64,000 nucleotides of DNA. Source: an uncultured archaeon. GTDB taxonomy: Archaea; Thermoproteota; Bathyarchaeia; Bathyarchaeales; Bathycorpusculaceae. The notes beneath the pieces were generated by a model. That model ran no database searches and was not told where the DNA came from. It saw only the letters and a program-made list of their open reading frames with translations. Shown here one piece after another: positions 1-9,833 of this stretch. A program made the position numbers and the translations under genes. Where the stretch lies: positions 192,001 through 256,000 of the forward strand of contig CAWALK010000018.1 in the NCBI GenBank assembly GCA_963782915.1. Reading direction: 5' to 3'. Position 1 is the stretch's first letter. Each line of letters begins with the position of its first letter.

Positions 1-121
1 TTAATTACCAAAGAAAACAATTGTATAGAAGTTACAAGTAAGCTGTTTCTATATAGTCCTCAAAAACTAATGCCAACTGCTTAATTGCCTACTAAAACCA
101 AAACTGATAGGAGGAAAAACA

Positions 122-304
122 ATGAAAAATCCAATCGTAGCATCGATACTGTTCACTTGCCCCCAATGCAACGCGAACTTTGAATTCGACGCAGTCGGAG
201 CAAACGAGTTTGTTCCCTGCCCACTCTGCGGATCGCACTTCGTGACCGCTAAACATGGCAGCAGAATAATGCTTGAAGCCCTCGAAGAAGCCTTAATGTG
301 CTAA
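122..304 (+). CDS. Small Zn-ribbon protein (LysW-like CxxC..CxxC fold, no EDWGE tail)
   Basis: CPQC and CPLC motifs; GGAGG RBS upstream. Confidence 0.6.
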   Translation: MKNPIVASILFTCPQCNANFEFDAVGANEFVPCPLCGSHFVTAKHGSRIMLEALEEALMC

Positions 305-311
305 AACATGC

Positions 312-340
312 AATTCGGAATTAAAAGCCGAATTCTTTTG
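312..340. terminator. Hairpin plus T-tract between convergent genes
   Basis: AATTCGG...CCGAATT inverted repeat followed by T-rich run. Confidence 0.45.
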
Positions 341-408
341 GCTCTTCCATATTTTTTGTTTTTAATAACTCTTAATTTTAGCTAGATTTATAAAAAATAG
401 CGGTTAGG

Positions 409-1278
409 CTACATACCAGCCGATATACAGCCCATAGTAGCTGATGGAGTATACAGTTGCACTTCCGAAGTACACACATCCTCGCAGTCACGGCGAATCT
501 GCGCCAACTCCTCTGCACTCACCCCGCCTAAACCATTCGAACCCAAAGGCACAATATCCAACACATATGCCCCAAGACTCCGCACGATTCTAGCCACCTC
601 AACCAGATGCTCTGAGTTCACACCTGGAATATAGGCAGCGTTGACTTTCACCATCAACCCAGCGTCAGCCGCGTTGCGTAAACCTTCCAACTGGTTTATG
701 CTCAATACTTCAAAGGCTTCTCTGCCACGCAAAGTTTTGCCGTTTAAGCGGACGTAGCTGTAAATTTGCGAGCCAACTTCGGCGTCAACAGCGTTTACGT
801 TGATGCTAACTGCGCTCACCCCAGTCTCTTCTAAGAGGGGCAGTGTTTTGGGAAGCAGCAAACCGTCGGTGGTTATGCATCGGGTGAAATGCGGAAATTC
901 GTCTTGCACCATGCGGAGTGTTTCGAATGTTACTTCGCTGCCTAATGGGTCGCCTTCCCCAGAGATGCTAACGACGCGCAGTCGGGGGTCGCTTTTTGCT
1001 GCTAACCGAACAAGTTCAATGGCGTCTTGGGCGGTTTCGATTTTTGCTGTGTCTTTGGAGTTCTGTGTTTTTGTATCGCAATAGTTGCAGCCGACGTTGC
1101 TGCGTGATGCAACGGATAATTCTATCCTGTTGAATCGTAAGCGGGCGCCGCTGCTGGAGGCTGGGTGGTTTTGTAGCATGCGGGCGCAGCTTTTTTTGCG
1201 TGCTTCAGTCTTTGTTAGGCTGAGCGTTGAGCCGCTTTTTTCTATTGATTCTTTTTCTGCTACTGCGATTTGTTCCAT
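409..1278 (-). CDS. NifB-like radical SAM-fold protein with degenerate Fe-S motifs
   Basis: NifB-type pattern (NHP..., RIELSVA..NVGCNYC, ISGEGDPL, TDGLLL, NQLEG, VKVN..YIPGVN) but HPC is HPA and CxxxCxxC is SxxxCxxC. Confidence 0.75.
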   Translation of the reverse strand: MEQIAVAEKESIEKSGSTLSLTKTEARKKSCARMLQNHPASSSGARLRFNRIELSVASRSNVGCNYCDTKTQNSKDTAKIETAQDAIELVRLAAKSDPRLRVVSISGEGDPLGSEVTFETLRMVQDEFPHFTRCITTDGLLLPKTLPLLEETGVSAVSINVNAVDAEVGSQIYSYVRLNGKTLRGREAFEVLSINQLEGLRNAADAGLMVKVNAAYIPGVNSEHLVEVARIVRSLGAYVLDIVPLGSNGLGGVSAEELAQIRRDCEDVCTSEVQLYTPSATMGCISAGM

Positions 1279-1330
1279 GTTCTTTTTCTCCTGTTAGTTT
1301 AGGGATGGGTGTTGATTGTTAAAAGGGTAG

Positions 1331-1364
1331 TTGTGAACTTTTCACAAGTGTGCATAATTATGCA
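1331..1364. promoter_or_regulatory. Two adjacent palindromes upstream of the NifB-like gene TATA box
   Basis: TTGTGAA-CTT-TTCACAA (1331-1347) and perfect TGCATAATTATGCA (1351-1364). Confidence 0.45.
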
Positions 1365-1522
1365 TAATCAACAGACAACAGCATAGAGAACATCCATAAT
1401 AACCAGTTAGTAGTCCAAAATATAGACAGTTAAACTAGCATCTGCCTCATGCAACAAACGTAATTGTATCCAACAAAACCCAAAATAACCCAGCCACCAA
1501 TACCCTAGAAGAGGCAACAACC

Positions 1523-3304
1523 TTGACAACTCAACAAATCACATGGAACCTAACAGAACTCTTCCCAAGCATAACTTCCCCAAAAATAGAGCAAGCCATC
1601 ACCCAAGCCACAGCGACCGCCGACGAATTTGAACAAAAATACCGCGGCAAAATCGGCACCCTAACCCCACAGGAACTGCTCGGGTGTTTCCATGAAGTTG
1701 AGGCGTTTGAAACAAAATTCAGCGACGTAACCCTCTACTCCAGCTTAACCTTCGCAGCAGACATGACTCAACCCCAAGCGCAGGCACTAAACGACCGCAT
1801 AGACAAACTAAACGCCAAAATCAGCAAACAACTCGCTTTCTACTCACTTGAACTGGGCAAACTCATCAAAACTAAACCCCAATTGATAGACGACCCAACC
1901 TTAGCTAACTATAGGCATATGCTGCAGCGCGTCTACCGCCGAGTTGAACATCAACTAAGCGAAGTCGAAGAACAACTAATCATCGAGAAAGACCAGTTTG
2001 GCGTGAACGCGTGGGAGGAGCTGCAGAGTAAATGGCTCAACACCCGCATGTTCGACGTCACCGTTTTGGGAGAAAAGAAGACGCTTAGCTATGGCGAAGC
2101 AAACGGACTGCTGCCAAACCCCGACCGTGCAACAAGAGAATCGGCGAACCGCTCAATCTATGGCTTACTCGGTAAGGACGGCGAAATTTTCTCCGCTGCT
2201 CTGCGAAGCATATGCAATGACTGGGTAAGTGTCGCCAAGCGCAGAAAATATGGCTCCCCAATGGAATCGAGCCTAATCAGCAACGATACCGAACAAACTA
2301 TAATCGAAAGTTTACTTAAAACAGTCGAGGAAGGCGCAGCAGCTTACAGGCGCTACCTTAAACTTAAGGCTAAACTGATGGATTTGCCTGTGCTGGGAAA
2401 CCATGACATAATCGCGCCCCTGCCTAACATGCCCGAACTCAAATACACTTACAAACAAGCCGAAGAATTCATCACTCAAGCATACGGACACTTCAGCCCA
2501 TCCTACGCCGACCCAGTGAGGGAAATGTTCCAGAAACAACACATCGATGCCTCACCTCGGTTTGGGAAACGCAACGGAGCCTTCTGTGCAAGCCACTACA
2601 ACGGCAAAACCGCCTACATCCTGCAGAGCTTCAACGGCACCCTAAGCGACGTCTTCACGTTGGCTCATGAATTGGGACATGCTACACATGACTATTACAT
2701 GTCAAGGAACCAAACACTGCTAAACACCAATGTTCCATCTGCCGTAGCAGAGACCGCTTCGATTTTCGGCGAACTCTTACTCACCGATATGATGCTTGGG
2801 GGAACCAAATCAGATGCGGAACAAAAAGCGTTGCTCTGCTTGATTCTAGATGAAGCAGGCATGACTACATTCCAGGTTACTGCACGGGTATGGTTTGAGC
2901 AAGCACTCTACCGCTCCATCGAGCAAGGGGAATTCCTCGATTACAGGACCATCTGCAGCCACTGGACCAAAGCACGCGACCGCATCTACGGCGACGCCGT
3001 CAGTTGGTTTCCCGAAATGGAAGCAGAATGGACCATGAAACCCCACTACTTTATGGCAAACTACCGCTTCTACAATTACCCCTACGTTTACGCTCAAATG
3101 TTCGTCTACAGCCTATACGAGAGGTATCTTGAAGAGGGCAAAGCGTTTGTGCCTAAACTAGTCGGTTTACTTTCTGCAGGCAGCAGCAAATCACCGCTAG
3201 AACTTGGCAGAACAGTAGGCTTGGATGTGGCAGACCCGAGCTTCTGGAGAGGCGGCATAAAGGTTTTTGAACGTTTCATCGCTGACTTAGAAAAAGTAGT
3301 TTAA
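1523..3304 (+). CDS. pepF: Oligoendopeptidase F (M3B family)
   Basis: TLAHELGHATH zinc motif, GKRNGAFC, AETASIFGE, FYNYPY. Confidence 0.92.
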   Translation: MTTQQITWNLTELFPSITSPKIEQAITQATATADEFEQKYRGKIGTLTPQELLGCFHEVEAFETKFSDVTLYSSLTFAADMTQPQAQALNDRIDKLNAKISKQLAFYSLELGKLIKTKPQLIDDPTLANYRHMLQRVYRRVEHQLSEVEEQLIIEKDQFGVNAWEELQSKWLNTRMFDVTVLGEKKTLSYGEANGLLPNPDRATRESANRSIYGLLGKDGEIFSAALRSICNDWVSVAKRRKYGSPMESSLISNDTEQTIIESLLKTVEEGAAAYRRYLKLKAKLMDLPVLGNHDIIAPLPNMPELKYTYKQAEEFITQAYGHFSPSYADPVREMFQKQHIDASPRFGKRNGAFCASHYNGKTAYILQSFNGTLSDVFTLAHELGHATHDYYMSRNQTLLNTNVPSAVAETASIFGELLLTDMMLGGTKSDAEQKALLCLILDEAGMTTFQVTARVWFEQALYRSIEQGEFLDYRTICSHWTKARDRIYGDAVSWFPEMEAEWTMKPHYFMANYRFYNYPYVYAQMFVYSLYERYLEEGKAFVPKLVGLLSAGSSKSPLELGRTVGLDVADPSFWRGGIKVFERFIADLEKVV

Positions 3305-3427
3305 TCAACCCCTCTATTCTTGTTCGAAATGCTAGGTAGTCTAGCTTCATAACCTTTTATTCTCGCCCAAACGGTAACAAATAAGCCCAAATCCGAAGGC
3401 AAAAAAAGCTATCGAGGAACAACAGCA

Positions 3428-3760
3428 ATGGACACAAGGATTGGAGAAAAGAAAACTTTCGACGAAAGTCTAATTGAATCCATCGACGAAGTCTTAACAG
3501 CCATAGGCAACTCAATCAAACACAAGATTTACCTTCATTTGAAAAACGACTGCGGAATCAGCAAAAACCAGATTCCCAATCGAATTCAGGATTTTATGAA
3601 TGTTTTGCAGGTCATCTTGGGGGTTGGCGCCAGACACATCGAGCTCCAATTGATCAAACAAATCCAAGTAAAAACAGGAATTTCCTGTCCGTTTTCCCCT
3701 CAAACAGGTACACTGCAGGAATGTGCAGTTTTCATAAGGCAAAAGCAAGAGAGAGTGTAG
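3428..3760 (+). CDS. Conserved archaeal hypothetical protein (DUF3227-like)
   Basis: IDEVL..IG...IYLHL...IP...F...L..ILG.GA..IE pattern typical of TACK small helical domains. Confidence 0.5.
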   Translation: MDTRIGEKKTFDESLIESIDEVLTAIGNSIKHKIYLHLKNDCGISKNQIPNRIQDFMNVLQVILGVGARHIELQLIKQIQVKTGISCPFSPQTGTLQECAVFIRQKQERV

Positions 3761-3998
3761 TTGAAAGTATCTGTAATGCCTTAAACAGCCGAATTATTTT
3801 ATGCTTTTAATAATCGTGTGAAACCCAGGTTCAAGGGGGTTTTTGGCTCAATTATTCAGGTTCGTAATCCGTAACTCAACGGCTAGTAATAGTGTTTCTC
3901 AATCGTACACTGTACTGCAGAATACTTTTATCACCGCCTCAAGCTAGACGATAACATAACTAAGCAACCAAGCAAGCAACACTCAGGGGAAAACGCAG

Positions 3999-4328
3999 AT
4001 GAGAGCAAACCGCAACGATGATTTGATGGCAAGGACAATCAAAACTTTTTCAGACGTCCTAATTCTGAAGTACCTAAAAACCAATCCGTTGAGCAGCGGC
4101 TACGAGATACTTGTGAGGTTTCATGAAAAATTCGAAATTAATTTTAGCCCAGGAACAATCTACCATGCACTCTATTTGCTTGAAAGAAAAAAAGCAATTA
4201 CAAGTCAAGGCGATGAAAGGAGCAGAATGTATAGCTTAACGGATGAAGGAGAAAAAATACTAGCCGCCATACTGCTATCTCGCGAACAAATCCGTCAATT
4301 GGTAGACAGTATATTCTCAGAAAACTAA
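3999..4328 (+). CDS. PadR-family transcriptional regulator
   Basis: SGYEI, SPGTIYHALYLLE, YSLTDEG motifs. Confidence 0.87.
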   Translation: MRANRNDDLMARTIKTFSDVLILKYLKTNPLSSGYEILVRFHEKFEINFSPGTIYHALYLLERKKAITSQGDERSRMYSLTDEGEKILAAILLSREQIRQLVDSIFSEN

Positions 4329-4475
4329 GATACTTGCTTCTCAAGCCAGCCCTGTGGGGCTCAGCGTTTGAATGCCTCAATTATAGTTGGTTTATTGCAG
4401 TCACATACGTTTATGAACCGTGATCAGGCTAGTACGTTGGCTTTCTTTTTTCCGTAATTTAGGAGGTGACCAATT

Positions 4476-4616
4476 TTGGAGGAATCTAAAAAGAAAATTC
4501 CAGCACCAGAAATGACCTCAGACGGCAAATTCAGATGCAAAGCAGACAGGCAAGAATACGACAACAGAGAAGACTACGAATCCCACTGCATGGAAGAACA
4601 CCCAGGCGGAATGTAG
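4476..4616 (+). CDS. 46-aa zinc-finger-like protein (not in ORF track)
   Basis: AGGAGGTGA RBS, TTG start; MEESKKKIPAPEMTSDGKFRCKADRQEYDNREDYESHCMEEHPGGM. Confidence 0.6.
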   Translation: MEESKKKIPAPEMTSDGKFRCKADRQEYDNREDYESHCMEEHPGGM

Positions 4617-4656
4617 AGGTACTAAAAAATTTTTGTTTGGGCTAAAAAAAGCCCAG

Positions 4657-5157
4657 TTACTGTTTCTCTTCTTTTTCTTGGAAGAGCTTCTTAATCGCGC
4701 TTATTCTTGCTTTCTGAGCCAGTACATCGCTTGTGACGACTGTTAAGGCTTCTTCGGGGCACCATTTGACACATTGGGGGCCTTCAGCTTTGTCCTTGCA
4801 TAAGTCGCAGACGTAGACAACTTTGGTTTCTGGATGCAGCATCATAGCGCCGTAGTCGCATGCTTCGATGCACCAGCCGCAGCCGTTGCATTTGTCTTTG
4901 TCTAAGACGATGTTGCCTGTATCTTCGGCTTGGCTTAGTGCATTACGTGGGCATGCTGCAACACAGGCTGGGTCTTCGCAGAGTCTGCAGGTAACAGCCA
5001 TGTTGGCAAGTTGGTTAACGCGGACTAAGCGTATGCGTGATTTTAGTGGGTTGAATGCTTTTTCTTTGTTGTATGAGCAGGCATATTCGCAGATTTGGCA
5101 GCCGACGCATTTCTCTGGGTCAGCGGAAATGAATTTTCTTTGGTGAATCTTTACCAT
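4657..5157 (-). CDS. 4Fe-4S polyferredoxin subunit of AOR (copy 2)
   Basis: CVGCQICEYAC, CRLCEDPAC, CNGCGWCIEAC, CDLC motifs; directly follows AOR. Confidence 0.9.
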   Translation of the reverse strand: MVKIHQRKFISADPEKCVGCQICEYACSYNKEKAFNPLKSRIRLVRVNQLANMAVTCRLCEDPACVAACPRNALSQAEDTGNIVLDKDKCNGCGWCIEACDYGAMMLHPETKVVYVCDLCKDKAEGPQCVKWCPEEALTVVTSDVLAQKARISAIKKLFQEKEEKQ

Positions 5158-5161
5158 TATT

Positions 5162-7018
5162 TTATGCCTCCTTTCCTTCAACTATATTTTTGAATTCAGC
5201 TAAACCTAACTCTTGGAGTTTAGAGGCGGATGGTATACCTTCAACAGTCCAACCACGCGCTTGATAGTAATCATCCAAAAGAAGGTCAAGCTCGTCTTGT
5301 GTTACTACGGCGCCTTTTGCAGGTCCATCGTCAGTGATGGGTTGATTCATAACTTTCCATGGAAGCGTATCATCGTTTCGGCCTAAGCCTTCGCGTACGT
5401 TGATTAGTTTTGCAAGTGTGCTTATGCGTTCAGCTGCAACTTCGAGTTCTTGAGGTGTCATTTCGAGGCCAGTGACTGCGCTATAGAGTTTTGCCATCTC
5501 AGCGAATTCCTTGTAGAAAGTGCCTTTTGCGTTCTTGCATACGATGAGTGAATCGATTACTGCGAGGATGTTTTCGTTGTCTTTAACGAGTGGGCCTCTG
5601 CCTCTTTCTGCTTTCATGCGGTCTACTTTGCCTTTGATGTCTAAAGCGTATACTCCGCTTCGGCTGTGATCTGCGCCTCTGAAAGAGACTGCTGCGCCGA
5701 GTGCTGCTGTTTTTAGGCAACGTAAATCGTAGCCTGTTACTTCTAAGCCTTTGATTTGCTGGGCGAGTTGGGCTGAGTTTTTGCCGATTTTTTCTGCAGC
5801 AACTTTAACGCCGTCTGCTAAAAGTTCGCCGATACCTTCGCGTTTGCCGATTTTCTCTACAAGCTGAACTACTGCGTCTCCGTTGCCAAAGTGGGCATCG
5901 ATTCCGCCAAGTTCTTCATGAGATAAGATGCCTTTTTCGTGGCAATCCATCAAGAAGCTAATGGCAACGCCAGTGCTCTGTGCATCTAAACCATAGTAGG
6001 TGCAGAGTTCAGCGGCTTTGATTATTGCGTCTAGTTTGTCTACGCCGCAGTTGGGACCAAGCGCCCAGAGGTTGTCGTATTCCATGCGTGCTAATGCGCC
6101 TTTGTATGGTCCTTCGCGTACGATTGCTTCGTGTTCACATCGCATAGCGCAGCTGTTGCAGGCTATGATTTTGGCGATGTAGCGTTCGTTTAGTTCTTCA
6201 GCGTTAATGTTTTCTGCTTTGTCAAAGTGGCTGCTGGCGTAGTTGCGTGTGGGCATGCAGTAGAGGTCATTTGTAATTTTGAGGTTCTCGGTTGTGCCAA
6301 GGGTGCGGTACCTTTGTGCTGCTGGGCCTTTCATGCGTTCATGGAATTCTTTAACCATATCCATGAATTCTTCATTTTTGGCTACGGTTATGTCGCGTGT
6401 TCCTCGGACTGCGATGGCTTTGAGGTTTTTGCTGCCCATAACTGCGCCTAAGCCTGTTCTGCCTGCAGCGCGGGTTTTCTCGTTAATAATGTTGGCGATT
6501 TTGGATTGTTTTTCGCCTGCTAAACCGATTGCTGCTACGCGTACGTAGTAGTCGCCGATTTCGTCTTTTATGGCGTCTTCGGTTTCGCCAGGTGATTTGC
6601 CCCATAGGTTTGAGGCGTCCATAACTTGGATTGCTTCATCATCTATCCAGATGTAGACTGGTTTTTCTGCTTTGCCAGTGAAGACTATTGCGTCGTAGCC
6701 TGCACGTTTTAGTTCTGCTCCGAATGTGCCGTGGCTTACTGCTTCACCGACGCCGCCAGTAGCAGGGGATTTAGTAATAAAGGCGTGTCCGTTGCCGCCG
6801 GTTGGGAACATCGTTCCTGAAACTGGCCCAAGGGATAGTACAAGTGGGTTTTCTGGGCTAAGCGGGTTTACACCTGCTTTTGAGTTAGATAACCAGAGTT
6901 TCATGCCTAAACCGATTCCGCCGACGTATTTCTTGGCGGTTTCTTCGGTGAGTTTTTCTGTGCGGGTTTTGCCGTTGGTCAGATCAACATATAATATTGT
7001 TCCTGCGTAACCGAGCAA
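5162..7018 (-). CDS. aor: Tungsten aldehyde:ferredoxin oxidoreductase family (copy 2)
   Basis: KSPATG, GRTGLGAVMGSKNLKAI, CxxCxxxC, GADH, DDYYQARGW. Confidence 0.93.
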   Translation of the reverse strand: MLGYAGTILYVDLTNGKTRTEKLTEETAKKYVGGIGLGMKLWLSNSKAGVNPLSPENPLVLSLGPVSGTMFPTGGNGHAFITKSPATGGVGEAVSHGTFGAELKRAGYDAIVFTGKAEKPVYIWIDDEAIQVMDASNLWGKSPGETEDAIKDEIGDYYVRVAAIGLAGEKQSKIANIINEKTRAAGRTGLGAVMGSKNLKAIAVRGTRDITVAKNEEFMDMVKEFHERMKGPAAQRYRTLGTTENLKITNDLYCMPTRNYASSHFDKAENINAEELNERYIAKIIACNSCAMRCEHEAIVREGPYKGALARMEYDNLWALGPNCGVDKLDAIIKAAELCTYYGLDAQSTGVAISFLMDCHEKGILSHEELGGIDAHFGNGDAVVQLVEKIGKREGIGELLADGVKVAAEKIGKNSAQLAQQIKGLEVTGYDLRCLKTAALGAAVSFRGADHSRSGVYALDIKGKVDRMKAERGRGPLVKDNENILAVIDSLIVCKNAKGTFYKEFAEMAKLYSAVTGLEMTPQELEVAAERISTLAKLINVREGLGRNDDTLPWKVMNQPITDDGPAKGAVVTQDELDLLLDDYYQARGWTVEGIPSASKLQELGLAEFKNIVEGKEA

Positions 7019-7245
7019 CCTTGTCCCTCCAAGAGGTTAGGAGTACCTATTTCCTTTGAAAACTATATTAATCTAGTGGGTTCTCTGCATAAAAATTCAC
7101 GGATTACCCATGTTTTCGGTTTGGCTAAGGCACTAGTTCGTCAATAAAAATGGCGCTAAACGGAAAATCGTTTGATTCATTTGCAAAAAGAAACATTATG
7201 AAATAGAGCAGGAAAGTCTTGGCGGCTTAGCCAAGATTTGATTGC

Positions 7246-7749
7246 TTATTTCTCGTTGTCTTCGTGGGTTTGGAAGAGTTTCCTGATTGCGTTAAGCCTT
7301 GCCTTCTGCGCCAACACATCGCTTGTAACAACTGTTAGGGCTTCTTCGGGGCACCATTTGACGCATTCGGGGCCTTCCGGTTTGAATTGGCACAGGTCAC
7401 AGACGTAAACGGTTTTGGTTTCGGGATGCATCATTATGGCGCCGTAGTCGCAGGCTTCTATGCACCAGCCGCAGCCGTTGCATTGGTCTTTATCGATGAT
7501 GATGTTGCCTGATTCTTGTGACTGTGAAAGTGCGTCTCTTGGGCATGCAGCGACACATGCGGGGTCTTGGCATTTTCTGCAAGTGACCGCTATGTTTCTG
7601 ACTTGGCCGCTTCTGACAACGCGGATGCGTGATTTGACTGCGTTGAAGACTTTTTCGTGACTAAAGGAGCATGCGTATTCGCAAACTTGGCAGCCGACAC
7701 ATTTGTCTGCATCAGCGGAAATGAATTTTCGGTCGTGAAGTGAAACCAA
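7246..7749 (-). CDS. 4Fe-4S polyferredoxin subunit of AOR (copy 1)
   Basis: Close paralog of 4657-5157 with the same Cys motifs. Confidence 0.9.
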   Translation of the reverse strand: MVSLHDRKFISADADKCVGCQVCEYACSFSHEKVFNAVKSRIRVVRSGQVRNIAVTCRKCQDPACVAACPRDALSQSQESGNIIIDKDQCNGCGWCIEACDYGAIMMHPETKTVYVCDLCQFKPEGPECVKWCPEEALTVVTSDVLAQKARLNAIRKLFQTHEDNEK

Positions 7750-7752
7750 TTT

Positions 7753-9618
7753 TTAGTCCTCCTTCAAATCAAGAGCATATTTTTCTAAGCCTAACTCTTT
7801 GAGTTTAGCTTTGGTAGGAACCCCTTTGTTAGTCCAGCCGCGTGCTTGATAGTAATCATCCAGCATCAGGTCGAGTTCTTCTTTGGTTACAACTGCACCT
7901 TTTGCTGCGCCATCGTCGGGGATGGGGTGATTCATTATTTTCCAGGGTAGGCTGTCGTCTTTGCGAGTTAAACCTTCGCGGGCGTTGATTAATTTGGCGA
8001 TTGTTTGGATTCTTTCGCCTGCTTCACGCATTTCTTGAGGTGTAACTTCAAAGCCGGTGACAACGCTGTAGATTTTTGCGAGGTCAACGAATTCTTCGTC
8101 AAATGTGCCTTTAGCGTTCTTGCAGACAATAAGTGAATCGATGACGTTGTACATGTCCTCGTGGTCTTTGACGAGTTTACCGCGGCCTTTTTCAGCTTTT
8201 AGGCGGTCAACAGTGCCTTTGATGTCTAATGCGTATACTCCGCTTCGGCTGTGATCTGCGCCTCTGAAGGAAACTGCCGCGCCTAAAGCGGTGGTTTTGA
8301 GGCATCTTAGGTCGTAGCCTGTGAGTTCTAAGCCTTTAATTTGGTTGGCGAGTTGAGAGGAGTTTTTGCCGATTTTTTCTGATGCTGCTTTAACGCCGTC
8401 TGCTAAAAGTTCGCCTATGCCTTCGCGTTTGCCCATCTTTTCGATGAGGTTGACGACGGCGTTTGCGTTGCCGAAGTGGGCGTCTACTCCGCCGAGTTCT
8501 TCGTGAGTTAGAATGCCTTTTTCGTGGCAGTCCATGAGAAAGCTGATGGTTACGCCTGCACTTGTTGCGTCGAGGCCATAGTAGTTGCAGCGTTCAGAAG
8601 CTTTTATGATAAAGTTGAGTTGGTCAACGCCGCAGTTGGGGCCCAATGCCCAGAGGTTGTCGTATTCCATGCGTGCCATGGTTCCTGTGTAGGAGCCTTC
8701 TTTGATTATGGCTTCGTGTTCACAGCGCATGGCGCAGCTGTTGCATGCGATGATTTTTGAGATGAAATGTTCGTTTAGGACTTCGGCGCTGATTTTTTCT
8801 GCGTTGAGGTAATGTGAGGCGTCAAAGTTGTTGGTTGGCAAGCAGGATAATTCGTTGTTTATCATTAAATTCTGTACTGTGCCAAGGGTGCGGTGTTTCT
8901 GTGCAGCGGGACCCTTCATGCGTTCATGGAAGTCTTCCACTAACTCCATAAATTCTGCGGGTTTTGCGACTGCAACATCGCATGTTCCTCGGACTGCGAT
9001 TGCTTTGAGGTTTTTACTGCCCATAACAGCGCCAAGTCCGGTTCTTCCGGCTGCGCGGGTTTTATCGTTAACTATACTTGCGATTTTGGATTGTTTCTCG
9101 CCAGCTAAACCGATAGAGGCAACGCGGATGTAGTAGTCGCCGATTTCGTCTCTGATGGCGTCTTCGGTTTCGCCCGGAGATTTACCCCAAACGTGACTGG
9201 CATCTTTGAGTTGGACAGTGTCATCGTCTATCCAGAGGTAAACCGGTTTTTTAGATTTACCAGTAATAATAACTGCGTCGTATCCGGCGCGTTTTAGTTC
9301 AGTGCCAAAGGTGCCGTGGCTAACTGCTTCGCCGACGCCGCCTGTGGCAGGTGATTTAGAAATGAAGGCATGACCGTTACCGCCTGATGGAAACATCGTT
9401 CCCGCGAGAGGTCCCAATGCGAGAACAAGCGGATTTTCTGGGCTAAATGGAGCTACATTTGCTTTAGAGTTAGTCAGCCAGAAATGCATACCTAAACCTA
9501 TGCCGCCGAGGGTTTTCTTTGCGGTTTCCTGCGTTAGTTTCTCGGTGCGTGTTTTGCCGGTGGTTAAATCGATATACAAGACTCTTCCTGCGTAGCCGAA
9601 CAAACGTTCAATCTCCAA
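7753..9618 (-). CDS. aor: Tungsten aldehyde:ferredoxin oxidoreductase family (copy 1)
   Basis: Same motifs as 5162-7018; tandem paralog. Confidence 0.93.
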   Translation of the reverse strand: MEIERLFGYAGRVLYIDLTTGKTRTEKLTQETAKKTLGGIGLGMHFWLTNSKANVAPFSPENPLVLALGPLAGTMFPSGGNGHAFISKSPATGGVGEAVSHGTFGTELKRAGYDAVIITGKSKKPVYLWIDDDTVQLKDASHVWGKSPGETEDAIRDEIGDYYIRVASIGLAGEKQSKIASIVNDKTRAAGRTGLGAVMGSKNLKAIAVRGTCDVAVAKPAEFMELVEDFHERMKGPAAQKHRTLGTVQNLMINNELSCLPTNNFDASHYLNAEKISAEVLNEHFISKIIACNSCAMRCEHEAIIKEGSYTGTMARMEYDNLWALGPNCGVDQLNFIIKASERCNYYGLDATSAGVTISFLMDCHEKGILTHEELGGVDAHFGNANAVVNLIEKMGKREGIGELLADGVKAASEKIGKNSSQLANQIKGLELTGYDLRCLKTTALGAAVSFRGADHSRSGVYALDIKGTVDRLKAEKGRGKLVKDHEDMYNVIDSLIVCKNAKGTFDEEFVDLAKIYSVVTGFEVTPQEMREAGERIQTIAKLINAREGLTRKDDSLPWKIMNHPIPDDGAAKGAVVTKEELDLMLDDYYQARGWTNKGVPTKAKLKELGLEKYALDLKED

Positions 9619-9833
9619 GAGTTTAGAAGTATGGAACCAATTGGAAAGTATAAAAAGCTAATGGGTTCTATCGATAAAATTTCATGACCTTACATGCATT
9701 TGCTATGAATAGCTGAAACTTTTTATGGTTGCTTATACGGTTCAGTTTGTGTGTTTGGTCACCAATTTTTTAAGGGAAGAAAAGCAAAGACTTTAACCAA
9801 CCTTATAACTCTTCCCATCTGCAGGCGAACGCT

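Noticed and set aside
409-1278. Evidence for nitrogen fixation
   Set aside because: No nifHDK/EN in the window, and the NifB-like protein lacks key ligands
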